From Octopus bimaculoides (lineage: Eukaryota): 64,000 nt of DNA. Positions 1-11,478 of the stretch are shown piece after piece. The DNA is taken from contig NC_068981.1 of the NCBI RefSeq assembly GCF_001194135.2, positions 94,040,469 through 94,104,468 on the forward strand, read 5' to 3'. Each line of letters starts with the position of its first letter. The first letter of the stretch is position 1. A model generated the notes under the pieces. That model did not search any database, was not told where the DNA came from, and saw nothing but the letters and a program-made list of their open reading frames with translations. A program made the translations under genes and the position numbers.

Positions 1-215
1 TAATGGATGGATGGATTCTTTCTTTCATTCAGTACCACTTTTAACTGCTGGGTCAATATTTGTTTCCCCTTGGCGTGTTTCACAAGTGCATATCATATTG
101 GTTTGTAAACAAATCCATCTAAAGTTTAGCTTAAATGTTTGATATGTACGTATGAATGAATGAACAAATGACTGAATGACCATTGTTAATAATTCTGTTG
201 TTTATTATTTTCAAG

Positions 216-420
216 AAATTTGCCACCTATTCAACTAAAGGGAAGAGATATTCCACCAGCTCACTACAACCTAGGGGACATTGGCTTTGTTCCCCGCTCT
301 TCTCAACCTGGAAATGTGGAATCTGACAGTTCAAGTGAAGAACAACAGACCGAACTTAAAGAAAATTACCAGTCTACTGGAGTTCAGACTTTGAGTATGA
401 AAAGAGTAAGAACTATGTAG
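216..420 (+). CDS. Terminal coding exon of an unidentified gene whose upstream exons lie left of the window
   Basis: Polypyrimidine tract and acceptor (tttattattttcaag, AG at 214-215), then an open frame NLPPIQLKGRDIPPAHYNLGDIGFVPRSS...KRVRTM ending at TAG 418-420. Composition is protein-like within AT-rich DNA. Family not recognised. Confidence 0.6.
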
Positions 421-1034
421 TTTCTCTTCTCATACAAAAACAACGTTGTGAAAATAATTAAGATATCATTAAGCAACATATTTCATTTCCTTCACCAATG
501 GGTAGCTTGAATGTTGAACAATTTATTGATTTTTTTACAAACATCTGATTTAGTTTTCTGACCATTGGGTGATAGATTTAAATTGTAATTCTCCATTTTG
601 CAAACTGGAGAAACAGTAACAAGAGTGTAAACCCTTCATTAATTAGGAAATGAATAACTTAAAACTGCTTGTAAAGTAAACAAAATTGTTATTTACAGTG
701 AGAGAGAGAAAGAGAGAGAGAGGGGGGGAGTGAAGTGTGGAGCAGATCCTAGTGTTATTTAAAGATTGTTAAAGAGATAGAAAGGCTAGAAAGGCAAAGC
801 ACTAAATTCTATTTAAGAAATGTCACTTCTGAACTTTGCTAAGCTAAAACAGCTATGAAAATAGAGTGGCAGATTTGGAGAAATAATATCTTGTAGAGAG
901 GAGAGCTTTGAAAATAGGTAAAAGAAACGGGTTTGGGGATATAAATATTCTGTTGAAGTAAAACAGTTATAAAATTTGGTGAGTGAGAGTGATGAAGCAT
1001 GAAATGGGAATCAATGACTTATATTGTATTTTAA

Positions 1035-1260
1035 CCTTTTAGCAATTAGATCACCCTGTTAAGTGTAATGATTATTTACTTATTCACACTGTTTTCAATT
1101 AACCATGCATTATTATCTCATAGCTTCAAGATTTCAATGATGTGATTGTTAATTTTTAGAATGACATTGTAGAGTAGGTCTAAGAGGTTGATCTGGCCTC
1201 TTGCAGTATGAAACAGGTAGAATTTTTGGGCTGGATCTGGTCGGTTTAAATGCTAAAAGG
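1035..1260. mobile_element. TTAA-flanked (piggyBac-type) MITE, family A
   Basis: TTAA|CCTTTTAGCA...TGCTAAAAGG|TTAA. Same family as 28039, 29569 and 35015. Confidence 0.8.
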
Positions 1261-1286
1261 TTAAAAAGAGTGTTTTGTAATATTAA

Positions 1287-1485
1287 CTCTTTTGATACAA
1301 ATTTGTTTTAGACTACCTCTGATTCTTTGATAGGATTTAAATTTAAACCTTCCATCAAAATTTCGTGTCAATTTATGTTTCATACATCAGCTTAATAATG
1401 ACAAAAGTACTTTACTAAATTCTTTATTTTCAAAATCAACTGAAACAAGGCAGTGCATTTCAACAGAAGTATAGTAACAAAAGGG
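1287..1485. mobile_element. TTAA-flanked (piggyBac-type) MITE, family B
   Basis: TTAA|CTCTTTTGATAC...GTAACAAAAGGG|TTAA. Interior resembles the reverse complement of 26870-27090. Confidence 0.75.
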
Positions 1486-2119
1486 TTAATATAGCAACTG
1501 ATTTCCTATCAAAAATAAGGGAAAACGAAAAACAAAAAAAAAGTTCAAATCAGTTGATGAAAAATTTATCCCTGCTTTATCACTGATTTATTTGTTGTAT
1601 GCAAAACAAATTACATTTTTCTTTTAAGATGTTTTATATGTTAGCAGAAGACATGTATATTAGTAAACTATATACATGAGTTTCACTACTTGGTGTACTT
1701 TAAAGGCAATCATTTGGCTATTTTTTTGTAGTTAAGTAAGATGTAGTTGTAAAGTTGAAATTTGGTTGTGATTGAACTTGTATCTCTTTTTGTATTATTA
1801 TTACAGATAATGTATCTATTTATATATTCATGTATATATGTATTTATGTATATTTTTATTAGATTTTTTTGTTTTTGCTTTACAAATTTTCATGTATAAG
1901 TAACAAATAATGTTTGTTTATATGCAAATTATAGATATATGACTGGAAGTTTCAGGTATCATGCTTTTTTAACAGAGGCAAAAACATAATTAGATATTAA
2001 TGTCTGCTGGAATTTATAAGCATTTAGTAGTATCTGACTGTAATTACAAAATTATAATACATTGAACATTGTTAAAAACCAACTTTGCTTACTGAGTTTG
2101 GAGGAAAGAAGAGTACACA

Positions 2120-2770
2120 TGTGTAAACCCTCTGAGATTTGTGAGTTTGATGCTGATAATGTTCCATTTAAACTGTTGTAGGTCAGCACTTGCAAGAAAG
2201 ACATGAGCAGGGAAAAGATTCTGGATGACTGATGTCCTGGGGGAAGAAATACTGAGCTAGTGGATACTGCAGGGGACAAGGGGCTGGGGTGGTGATGGAG
2301 TGAGACAAGAGTGATGAAAGGTAGAAAGGCAAGTGAGTTGGGGGTATCTAAGTAATGAACATATGAGAGCAACATTCTCTGAGAACCAGAGGCCATTACA
2401 GTGGTGATAGATGAGACACAGTGAAGAGACAGCACACTTGTGGGTCAGAGGCTGTAATGTTCCATTAATAATTTAATGCCAATCAGTTAAGAGGCCCTTC
2501 TTGAGATGTGGTCCAGGATGCCTCTATGCATAGCAGAAACACTGTCTCAGATAATAGAGCAGTATTCCATTGTGATCCTTAATTGAACCTCATAAAGTGT
2601 TAGTGGTTGTTAAGGACTAACATATTTTCTGACCCTGAGGAGAACCAGCATTCAAAATGCGACTCTAGCTATGCTGAGGATAAGGTTTCATCAGAAGAGA
2701 TCTTGAGTGAACCCAGCACTTTTGTGAGGGCTCTAGCCAAGTGCCACTCATATTTAGAGGGGTAGGGCAG
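2120..2770 (-). mobile_element. Degraded 3' part of a CR1/Jockey-like LINE ORF2
   Basis: Minus-strand translation gives remnants such as ITMEYCSII..., GILDHISRRAS and SVLSLHCVSSI, matching the post-RT LYKAQIRP.MEYCSHIW...LD..QRRA region. Many stops and frameshifts. Confidence 0.6.
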
Positions 2771-3084
2771 TGTTTTTTTCTTCTTAATATGAATAGTGTT
2801 TGAGTTTTTTAATTATTTTTCTTGTGCTAAAATAGACAAGACTGTCACAACTTCAATGAAGAATTCATTCAAGGTTTCCATTCATGGAATCAAAGTAGGT
2901 TGGTATGTGACGTCTCAATGTATGTAGATGGTGGATGGTGCATGGTTGGAGAATGAAGGTCCATGCCATTTGCATATGCTTGGACACTGTTGGATGTGAT
3001 GGCAAGTAGGTTATTAATGTATGTCATCTGCATAAAATTATCTGAATAGTTTTCTAAAAAACACTCACTTTATTCAGCCAATCT

Positions 3085-3174
3085 ATCTATTTAATTTATG
3101 TATGTATGTATGTATGTATGTATGTATCTATCTATCTATGTGTATGTGTATACACACACACACATAGATATGTG

Positions 3175-3257
<83 letters not shown>

Positions 3258-3260
3258 GTC
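3085..3260. repeat. Compound (TATG)n/(CA)n/(TA)n microsatellite, representative of dozens in the window
   Basis: Directly visible. Similar tracts at 3590-3620, 3910-3985, 5610-5820, 6596-6770, 11330-11500, 19320-19390, 42845-42915, 48340-48445 and 53895-53985. Confidence 0.95.
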
Positions 3261-3725
3261 GGTGTATTCATATTGAAGTCACACATAGTCTCATGTAACC
3301 TCGTATATTCTCATGCAAAATGGAGGCAATTACTAGCACTTTTCAGTGGATTACTTTGATAATTGAGGCAATTCTTTTCAAATGAAACCATTGGCATTGT
3401 TAATCTTATATTATAAAAGGGAAGCAGAGCCCTGTCTGTCTGTCCATCACGTCATCTATTAGAGCGAGAGAAAAAAGGGGAGGAATCAAAACATACATAA
3501 CAATGTACTTTTAGAAGAAGGGGAGGAGAAAAGTTGTTGTGAGAAAAATACAGTGACAAAGAGAGAGAGAGAGAGAGAGAGCGCATGTGTGTGTGTCTGA
3601 TAGATAGATAGATAGATAGGTAGTGTTGTTACCTTAGTAACTAACAAGTTATATTAAAAATGCAGGAATTTTAAGTGCAAGCCTTTCAGTACGATACAGC
3701 ACAGACTTCAAAAGAAGGTTATATG

Positions 3726-3756
<31 letters not shown>

Positions 3757-3912
3757 GCATGTATGTATATGAATTTCTTTTTTTTGGTTGTTTGTGTGTT
3801 TCTGTGTCTTTCAACATAGACAATACAACACACTTAAAAAAAAGACTTTCACTTTGAACAATTTATGAAAGCATGTGCATAATTAACAAATATTTTTACT
3901 GACAGCACATGT

Positions 3913-3950
<38 letters not shown>

Positions 3951-5751
3951 TATATATATATATACATACATATATATATATAGTCTTATTTTTATATATA
4001 GAAGACAACAATGAGCAGTGTAGCTCATTGAGCCAATGCCACTTTATTGTTATGTGAATGTGTCTTTCCTAGAAACCTGTTTCTGGTATAAGAAACATTG
4101 AAATATCTCAAAATATTTGGTGAAGAAGGCTTCAGTTTGTTTGATTTTACCTTCTCCTTGAAGCAACATGAGGATTTCATTTTGATTCATCAGATATCTG
4201 TAAATTTTGCAGAGTGAGCAAACATCGACGAAGAATATCTTTTTTTTTTTAAAATCCCTGGATTATTAGAATGTATAACAGAATGGAGCCTGTCTGAAAT
4301 TCGATCAAGTTAGCATGCATTGCTAATCCTTTGACAATCTCGTTCCTACTCTGAAAGTTTTCCTATTAATTCTGTTGTACATATTCAGTTTTGTTACATT
4401 TCATCCTGTTTGTTTGCACTGCTGTTATTGTCTACATCTCACTACCATCTACTTGAGATATTTGCCTACATAACCTGTCCATTTGGTGACAGTTATCCAT
4501 TAGCAACTCAGTTTTCACAGACTGAAAGCTGGCTCAGCATATTGTTTTGAATGAATTATTCTCTTCTTGAGATTCCCCAGCCAGTCTGAAGTGTGTTGCA
4601 AAAGCAGAAGCTTATTTTCCACCCCTACATGTGTATTCTGACACGTATTTCAGTCATTTTGCCTTGGTTTTCTCTGATTGTGCTCTCCCTTTTGCTGTTG
4701 TGTCTTTTGCTGTTAGACATTCTTTTTTTTATTTACATTTTTTTGAATGGCCCATGTTGTATTGAAAAATTCTAAAGTAGAAACAAATAGAACAATGCGT
4801 ATATTGTATTATTGTATTGTAATCAATAATTGAAATGAAATCAATATATTTTACTTAATATTTTTACTTCTGTGCCTTGACAAAGGCACAGAAAATAACC
4901 AAACACTTTCATTATTCAGAGGACTATGGTTTACATATTTGTGCATAATGAAACAAAACTTCAAATGTAAAATTTCTATGTAATTTTGATATAATAAATA
5001 GATATGTTGCAAAAATTTTCACAAACATTCTGTCCCTAAAAAAAAAACAACTTTGTAATCACTTATTTATAATGAGAACAATTGAATAGAGGCAGTAAGG
5101 AGTGAATGAGAGAGAGAGAGAGCATTGCAAGGGAAGAAAGTGAAAGTAACAGAATGTGCACAGTAAGATGAAAAATGTTAAATGAAATAACAGACTAAGG
5201 GATGCAAATGAAATGAGAGAGAACACAGACAAATGGGGAGTATGATGTTGCAAACAAAAAATGATGCAGATAAGAGAGAGGAAGGAAAATTATGAGGCTA
5301 GAGAAAGAAAAATGACTAATTGGAATGAAGGTAGTAAACAAAGAAGAAATGGAAAGAGAGATAGTAGGAAAAAAATTATCTTGCAGTGTATGGTGTGAAA
5401 AAAGCCCACAGAAAGCTGACTATCTGCTGGTGAATTAAAATAACTTTTTTGATAGAATAATGTAGTTGAAGTCTTCAATAATAAAAAAATCCCCAAAACC
5501 ACATTTTGATTAAAATTTATTGAAAGTGGAATTTTTAAGAATGTTCTAGACAGCATAGATTTTAATTTTCTTTTAGTAACTAAATTAATAAGCAGTTTTC
5601 TTTATTATGATATGCATGTATATATAGATATATACACATACATTTATATATGTGTATACATATACATGTATATATGTATACATACACACACATATATATA
5701 CATGTATATATATATATATGTATACATGTATATATATATGATATATGTATG

Positions 5752-5813
<62 letters not shown>

Positions 5814-5820
5814 GCATATA

Positions 5821-6255
5821 TCTGTATATATAAAAGGCAGGATGTGTGTGTGTGTGTGTGTACATGAATGTAATTTATGCACTCCACAGATTAGCATGCA
5901 TGTTGCTCCAATTTTAGGAGGAGATTCGCCATGACCCTAGCTGTATTTTCGTCAACTTATTTTTCCCAGAGGCACCAGCAAATAGCTGTAAAATTAAATT
6001 TTCAACCAAAACTTTTAACAATTTTCAAGTCGGAGAAATCACAATTGTTTACAAACAGGAGTTAAGTCCCTTTCTAGTGACGAGTAAGGTTTTGTTAAGA
6101 CTTATGTTGTTTTTTTTCCATCGAGGAAAAATGTGTTTTGTTGATATACAGGCAACGCACACACACACATACGAACATGTTTGCATACAAAAAATATGTA
6201 TGCAATTGGTGTATGTACGTACATGTGTGTATCTGTGTGTGTGTGTGTGTTGCCC

Positions 6256-6287
<32 letters not shown>

Positions 6288-6595
6288 TTAAGACTTAGTT
6301 GTGATCTGAACATAACCACTTCTGACACAGAATCGGGAGCCCTTTTGGGCATTCTATTTTCCTCGCTGGAAGGGTTCCCAACCCATGGGCAAAGAGACGT
6401 TAGATGATGGGGTGGTGTTTTCAAAGGGCTGGCATGTGTATCCTGATCACCTCTGCCGATCAACCTCCCAAGCCATACGCTCCCATCGCGACACTGATTC
6501 TGACGTTGATGTTACTTAGTTTGGTTTGAAATAAAGAACTTGATTAGCTTAATAATCCTAACTTAATCTCGGGCAAAACCGGTCTATACTGCTAG
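5821..6595 (+). mobile_element. Non-autonomous Helitron
   Basis: 5' end A|TCTGTATATATAAAAGGCAGGA followed by (TG)n. 3' end GGGCAAAACCGGTCTATACTGCTAG|T. Inserted between A and T with no TSD. Ends parallel the helicase-bearing copy at 24656-27176. Confidence 0.7.
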
Positions 6596-6679
6596 TATAT
6601 AGATATATACACATACATTTATATATGTCTATACATATACATGTATATATGTATACACACACATATATATATATACATG

Positions 6680-6712
<33 letters not shown>

Positions 6713-6727
6713 ATGTTTGTATACATC

Positions 6728-6769
<42 letters not shown>

Positions 6770-6804
6770 NNNNNNNNNNNNNNNNNNNNNNNNNNNNNNN
6801 NNNT

Positions 6805-6925
6805 CCAGCTGTAGAAACACTGCCAAATCAGATTGGAGCCTGGTGTAGCCATCTGGTTTCACCAGTCCTCAGTCAAATCGTCCAACTCATGCTAGCATGA
6901 AAAGCGGACGTTAAACGACGACGAC
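6805..6925 (+). mobile_element. RTE-LINE 3' tail fragment
   Basis: ccagctgtagaaac...catgctagcatgaaaagcggacgttaaacgacgacgac. Same sequence as the tail linked to RTE ORF2 at 29772-30560. Confidence 0.75.
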
Positions 6926-6945
6926 AACACATGTAGGAATAGAAT

Positions 6946-7266
6946 CACTCCGTCGGTTACGATGACAAGGGTCCCAGCTGACACAATCAACAAAATAGCC
7001 TACTCATGAAATTAATGTGCAAGTGACTGAGCAATCCACAGACACGTGTACCCCTAACGTAGTTCTCAAGGAGACTCAGCATGACACATAGCATGACAAA
7101 GCCGGTCCTTTGAAATACAGGTACTACTCATTTTTGCCAGCTGAATGGACTGGAGCAACATGAAATAAAGTGTCTTGCACAAGGACACAACGCGTCGCCA
7201 GGAATTGAACTTACGACCTTACGATCGTGAACCGAATGCCCTAACCACTAAGCCATGTGCCTTCAC
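6946..7266 (-). mobile_element. tRNA-headed SINE with a gtgtccttg...agacactt central domain
   Basis: Minus strand shows an A-box-like TGGCTTAGTGG and a B-box-like GTTCAATTCC, then the central domain. Its 3' tail is shared with the SINEs at 10510 and 28074. Confidence 0.75.
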
Positions 7267-7299
7267 ATATTTACATGTATATATATGTATACATATATA

Positions 7300-8520
7300 C
7301 AGGGTGCATAAGGTATTTGAGGACATACAATTTTTTGGTCATTGTTGCATACTTTGCTAACTCTGTATAATCTTTGTTTCAGAAAATAATAATGGCAGAC
7401 TCTCAGCTTACTCAAGAAATGAAGAGGCATGCTGTTATTGTGGTTATAAAGGCTGAGCATAGCAATTTAGAAATATCTTGATTTTTAAAAGTTGCCAGAT
7501 CTTTCATCTACAAAGTTTGTAAGGAGTTAGAGACTGAAGATGGAAATGTTATCACCAGTATCAAAGCATGAAAAGCATTCTAAATGCTCTGAAATCATCA
7601 GAACACTTGAATGTATCCGGCAAGTTCAACAGACCATTGATTACAATCCCAGAAGGTCCATAGGGTCAATTGCAAAAGATTTCCATGTGTCAGAAGGAAC
7701 AGTCAGAAATGTTGTCCACAATGACATTAGATATAAATCTTATATGATAAGGAAAGTTCAGTTTGTCAGAAAAAGCAAAAGAAAATCATTATATCAGATT
7801 TAAAACGTTCTTAATCAAACTGAAAAATCCAACAGAAGAAGATTTGGTTTTTTTTCAAATGAGAAAAACTTCAACCAAGATCAAAAAGTTAACAGAAGAA
7901 ATGACGGATGGTTATGCGCAGACCCTTCTGAAGTTCCTGCATTTGTCATGGTTTTAGGGGTTGTCAGTATTGAAGAACATGTGATTCCTCTTTACTTCTT
8001 TCCACAAGGCCTTAAAGTTAACTCTGACACCTACATTGAGGTCCTGGAAATAATTGTTAAGCCCTGGCTAGACAGCATATGGAATGGAAGGCTATATGTG
8101 TTTCAGTAAAACTCTGCACTATCACACATGGCTCTAGTAACACAGGAATGGATGGCTGAAAATTTCCATGATCACGTAACCCTAACATTTGGCCTCATAA
8201 TTTCCCAGATCTCAATCCATTGGACTATTACATGTGGAGCGTTGTTGAGAGAGAGTGGTCAGTGAACATGGCCATAACACCAAAGATTCTTTGAAAGCTG
8301 CCATAGTCAGAATAATGTCCAAAATGAACCAGGACCACTTTATTCAAGCATGTAGATGATTCTGATTTCATATAGAAGCAGTTGTTGAAGCTGAAGGTAG
8401 CTTTATTGAATAACATTATAGAAAAGGTTTATTTTTATCCTCATAGCACTTTCTGATAAATAAAATTAGTATCTGTTTTTTATAAACTTAAATTTATCCT
8501 CAAATATCTTTTGCACCCTG
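7300..8520 (+). mobile_element. Tc1/mariner superfamily DNA transposon, DD37D (maT-like), full length but dead
   Basis: TA|CAGGGTGCATAAGGTATTTGAGGA...TCCTCAAATATCTTTTGCACCCTG|TA. Transposase remnant at ~7392-8413 (HTH region, FQ*NSALSH...SPDLNPLDYYMW, ending IEAVVEAEGSFIE*). After frameshift correction, 37 residues lie between the second and third catalytic positions. Confidence 0.9.
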
Positions 8521-8589
8521 TATATATGCATACACGTACATATATATATATGTATGTACATATATATATATATATATATATATACTATG

Positions 8590-8694
8590 GCACTCCGGCA
8601 CTCCATCAGTTATGACAACAAGAGTTCCAGTGAATCCAATCAACGGAACAGCCTGCTCGTGAAATTCACGTGCAAGTGGCTGAGCACTCCACAC
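8590..8694 (-). mobile_element. 3' tail fragment of the tRNA-SINE family at 10510/28074
   Basis: Reverse complement of gtggagtgctcagccacttgcacg...gttccgttgat...gacggagtg. Confidence 0.7.
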
Positions 8695-8742
8695 TTTATT
8701 GAATAACATTATCTAGCTGCAGGAGAAACACCTAGCCAAAGA

Positions 8743-9167
8743 TAAACCTAGGTATAGGACAAGTTATTACACCTGGAAAAGCATAGGACAAGTTATTACT
8801 TCTAGTAAAGTAAAGAATAAGAAACTTTTTACTTAAAATATTGCAGCAAAGAATGCCAGTTCTTCTAATTTATCACTCTTTGTAGTTCTCATCTTTTAAA
8901 TTTATTGTACAAAACTGTTCAGCTAATTTGTAAGTTTGTCTAAATAATCACTTTTTTCTGTATTTAAGGTAGTAAATTAACTAAATTCTACTTAAATAAG
9001 TATAATGTTATTTGTAAACTATAATAAAAAAAATTTTAATATTCAAATTTTAATTTTAGCCGCAATATTTTCAGTAAAAAGTTTCTTATTCTTTGCTTTA
9101 CTTGAAGTAATAGCTTGTCCTATACTTTTCCAGGTGTAATAACTTGTCCTATACTTTTCCAGGTTTA
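8743..9167. mobile_element. MITE with ~105-bp TIRs containing a tandem ~29-bp subrepeat
   Basis: 8743-8847 is the reverse complement of 9059-9167. Each arm has two cctggaaaagtataggacaagttattaca-like units. TA at both ends. Confidence 0.8.
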
Positions 9168-10509
9168 TAATCTTAAGAATACTACTTTTCATGCTCACAT
9201 TTTTCCATGTTATCCATGATTTTTCCAGGCATTGCTGTTATAAGATAATTAATAATGTGTCAATTGATAATTTAAGATTTTACCTTATAAAATACTAAAA
9301 TATAATATTTCAAACTTTCCATGTAAGTGATAATATTATTTCAATTTTTTTCTTGTTTAATTTAAATATATGTTGTGATTGAATTATTTGATATTACCCA
9401 TCCACACCAAATTAATGGCAGGGAATTTTACCATCTTGTTGGTTGCACCATGGTTCACCAAGAGTTACAAACAAGACCCCAAAACCTATATTTTGAGTTG
9501 GTGCTTTTACCACCAACTGCTGCTAATCTAGATGTTTCAATAATTATACAATACAACAGCAATTATAAAAGCATATCAGATATACACAAGTTAAAATTAC
9601 CTACATCTCACTAATATAAATTTGGTTTATGAAAAATCCCTTTAATTAATTTTGAAATTTTAAAAGTAAATTTAGAATATAAGCACTTTTAACCAATGCC
9701 TTTTCTGGACAGCCTTGCTACATGCCTTCAGGTCTTCCCTCAGAGACACAGCCAAAAATGACTACATTCCTGCTCCAATAAATTTAGATGCACATATCTG
9801 AAGCATATAACACATTAATGAACTAGCCTGATTAAATAATTAACTAGAAAGAAAAGGAAAAAAACTTAAAAGGAAAAGCAAAAAAGCAGAAAGCAAGTTA
9901 ATTAAAGCTGAAAGAGGAAATTAATAATAAAAGTTAAACTTACCCTATTTCGATAGTATATTAAAAATAACTTTATTAAATACTTAAAAAAATAAAATAT
10001 ACGAAAGGTAAAGTCGACCTCAGTAGAATTTGAACTCAGAATGAAAAGACAGATGAAATACCGTTAAGCAATGGACACACTTGTATGGGATTTGAATCCG
10101 GGGACAAGCAAGACATATTTAGGGGGAAATAGGAAAAATAGAAACAGGAGACAAACGTTCAAGATGTTATTAAATCATTTGTATCTTCATATCTCCTACA
10201 TGTTTCAATGGATGCATCCAAAATACATCCGACAAGATGAATAATGGTCAACTATGCATCAATTTCTTTAGGGAGGATATAAAGAACAGTACTCATCAAA
10301 TAGACTTTTTAACAGATCTGTGAAACCCCAGAAAATGTGACGTATATACATGTATATGCAAACACGCACACATACACACATGTTCTTACTTAAACATATA
10401 TATTTTTTACTAATATTATATATATATATATATATACATATAAATACACACACATATTGATATATACATATATATGCACATACATGCATACACAAACCCA
10501 TATTTATAT

Positions 10510-10852
10510 GTGGAGGCGCAATGGCCCAGTGGTTAGGGCAGCGGACTCGCGGTCATAGGATCGCGCTTTCGATTCCCAGACTGGGCGTTGTGAGTGTTTA
10601 TTGAGTGAAAACACCTAAAACTCCACGAGGCTCCGGCAGGGGATGGTGGCGAACCCTGCTGTACTCTTTCACCACAACTTTCTCTCACTCTTACTTTCTG
10701 TTGTGCCTGTAATTCAAAGGGTCAGCCTTGTCACACTGTGTCATGCTGAATCTCCCCGAGAACTACGTTAAGGGTACACGTGTCTGTGGAGTGCTCAGCC
10801 ACTTGCACGTTAATTTCACAAGCAGGCTGTTCCGTTGATCGGATCAACTGGA
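10510..10852 (+). mobile_element. tRNA-derived SINE
   Basis: gtggaggcgcaatggcccagtggttagggcagcggactcgcgg...ttcgattcccaga head, then body and tail. Near-identical to 28074-28426 and to the reverse complement of 20694-20898. Ends at an N-gap. Confidence 0.85.
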
Positions 10853-10921
10853 NNNNNNNNNNNNNNNNNNNNNNNNNNNNNNNNNNNNNNNNNNNNNNNN
10901 NNNNNNNNNNNNNNNNNNNNN

Positions 10922-11220
10922 ATATATCATCATCATCATCATCATCGTTTAACGTCTGCTTTCCATGCTAGCATGGGTTGGACGATTTGACTGAGGACTG
11001 GTGAAACCGGATGGCAACACCAGGCTCCAGTCTGATTTGGCAGAGTTTCTACAGCTGGATGCCCTTCCTAACGCCAACCACTCAGAGAGTGTAGTGGGTG
11101 CTTTTACGTGTCACCCGCACGAAAACGGCCACGCTCGATATGGTGTCTTTTATGTGCCACCCGCACAAGCCAGTCCAGGGGCACTGGCAACGATCTCGCT
11201 CGAAAATCCTACAGGAGCCA
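10922..11220 (-). mobile_element. RTE-LINE 3' UTR/tail
   Basis: (cat)n cgtttaacgtctgctttccatgctagcatggg...; same family as 29772. Confidence 0.8.
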
Positions 11221-11225
11221 GTCAG

Positions 11226-11256
<31 letters not shown>

Positions 11257-11325
11257 GATGTGTTTTTGATGCATCCATCAAAACGTGTAGGCGATATGAA
11301 GATATAAATGATTTATATTTCTTTC

Positions 11326-11363
<38 letters not shown>

Positions 11364-11410
11364 ATACACACACACGTGCGAGTGTGTATACATATATATA
11401 TGTATACATA

Positions 11411-11478
<68 letters not shown>

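Noticed and set aside
4160-4200. Minus-strand CTGATGA...GAAAT hammerhead-like string in a possibly Penelope-derived region (4000-4800)
   Set aside because: Stem II is only 2 bp and stems I and III are not supported. The Penelope assignment is too weak to report.
3098-6900. Many ORF-track entries rich in [12 protein letters not shown] (also at 10268, 11001-11560, 19136, 35567, 41041, 48254, 49637 and 53894)
   Set aside because: They are translations of (TA)n/(TG)n/(CA)n microsatellites, which lack stop codons in some frames.
10510-10585. tRNA-like sequences (also at 7190-7266, 28074, 51356 and 59812)
   Set aside because: They are SINE heads: A/B boxes are present, but there is no complete cloverleaf and they are fused to repeat bodies.
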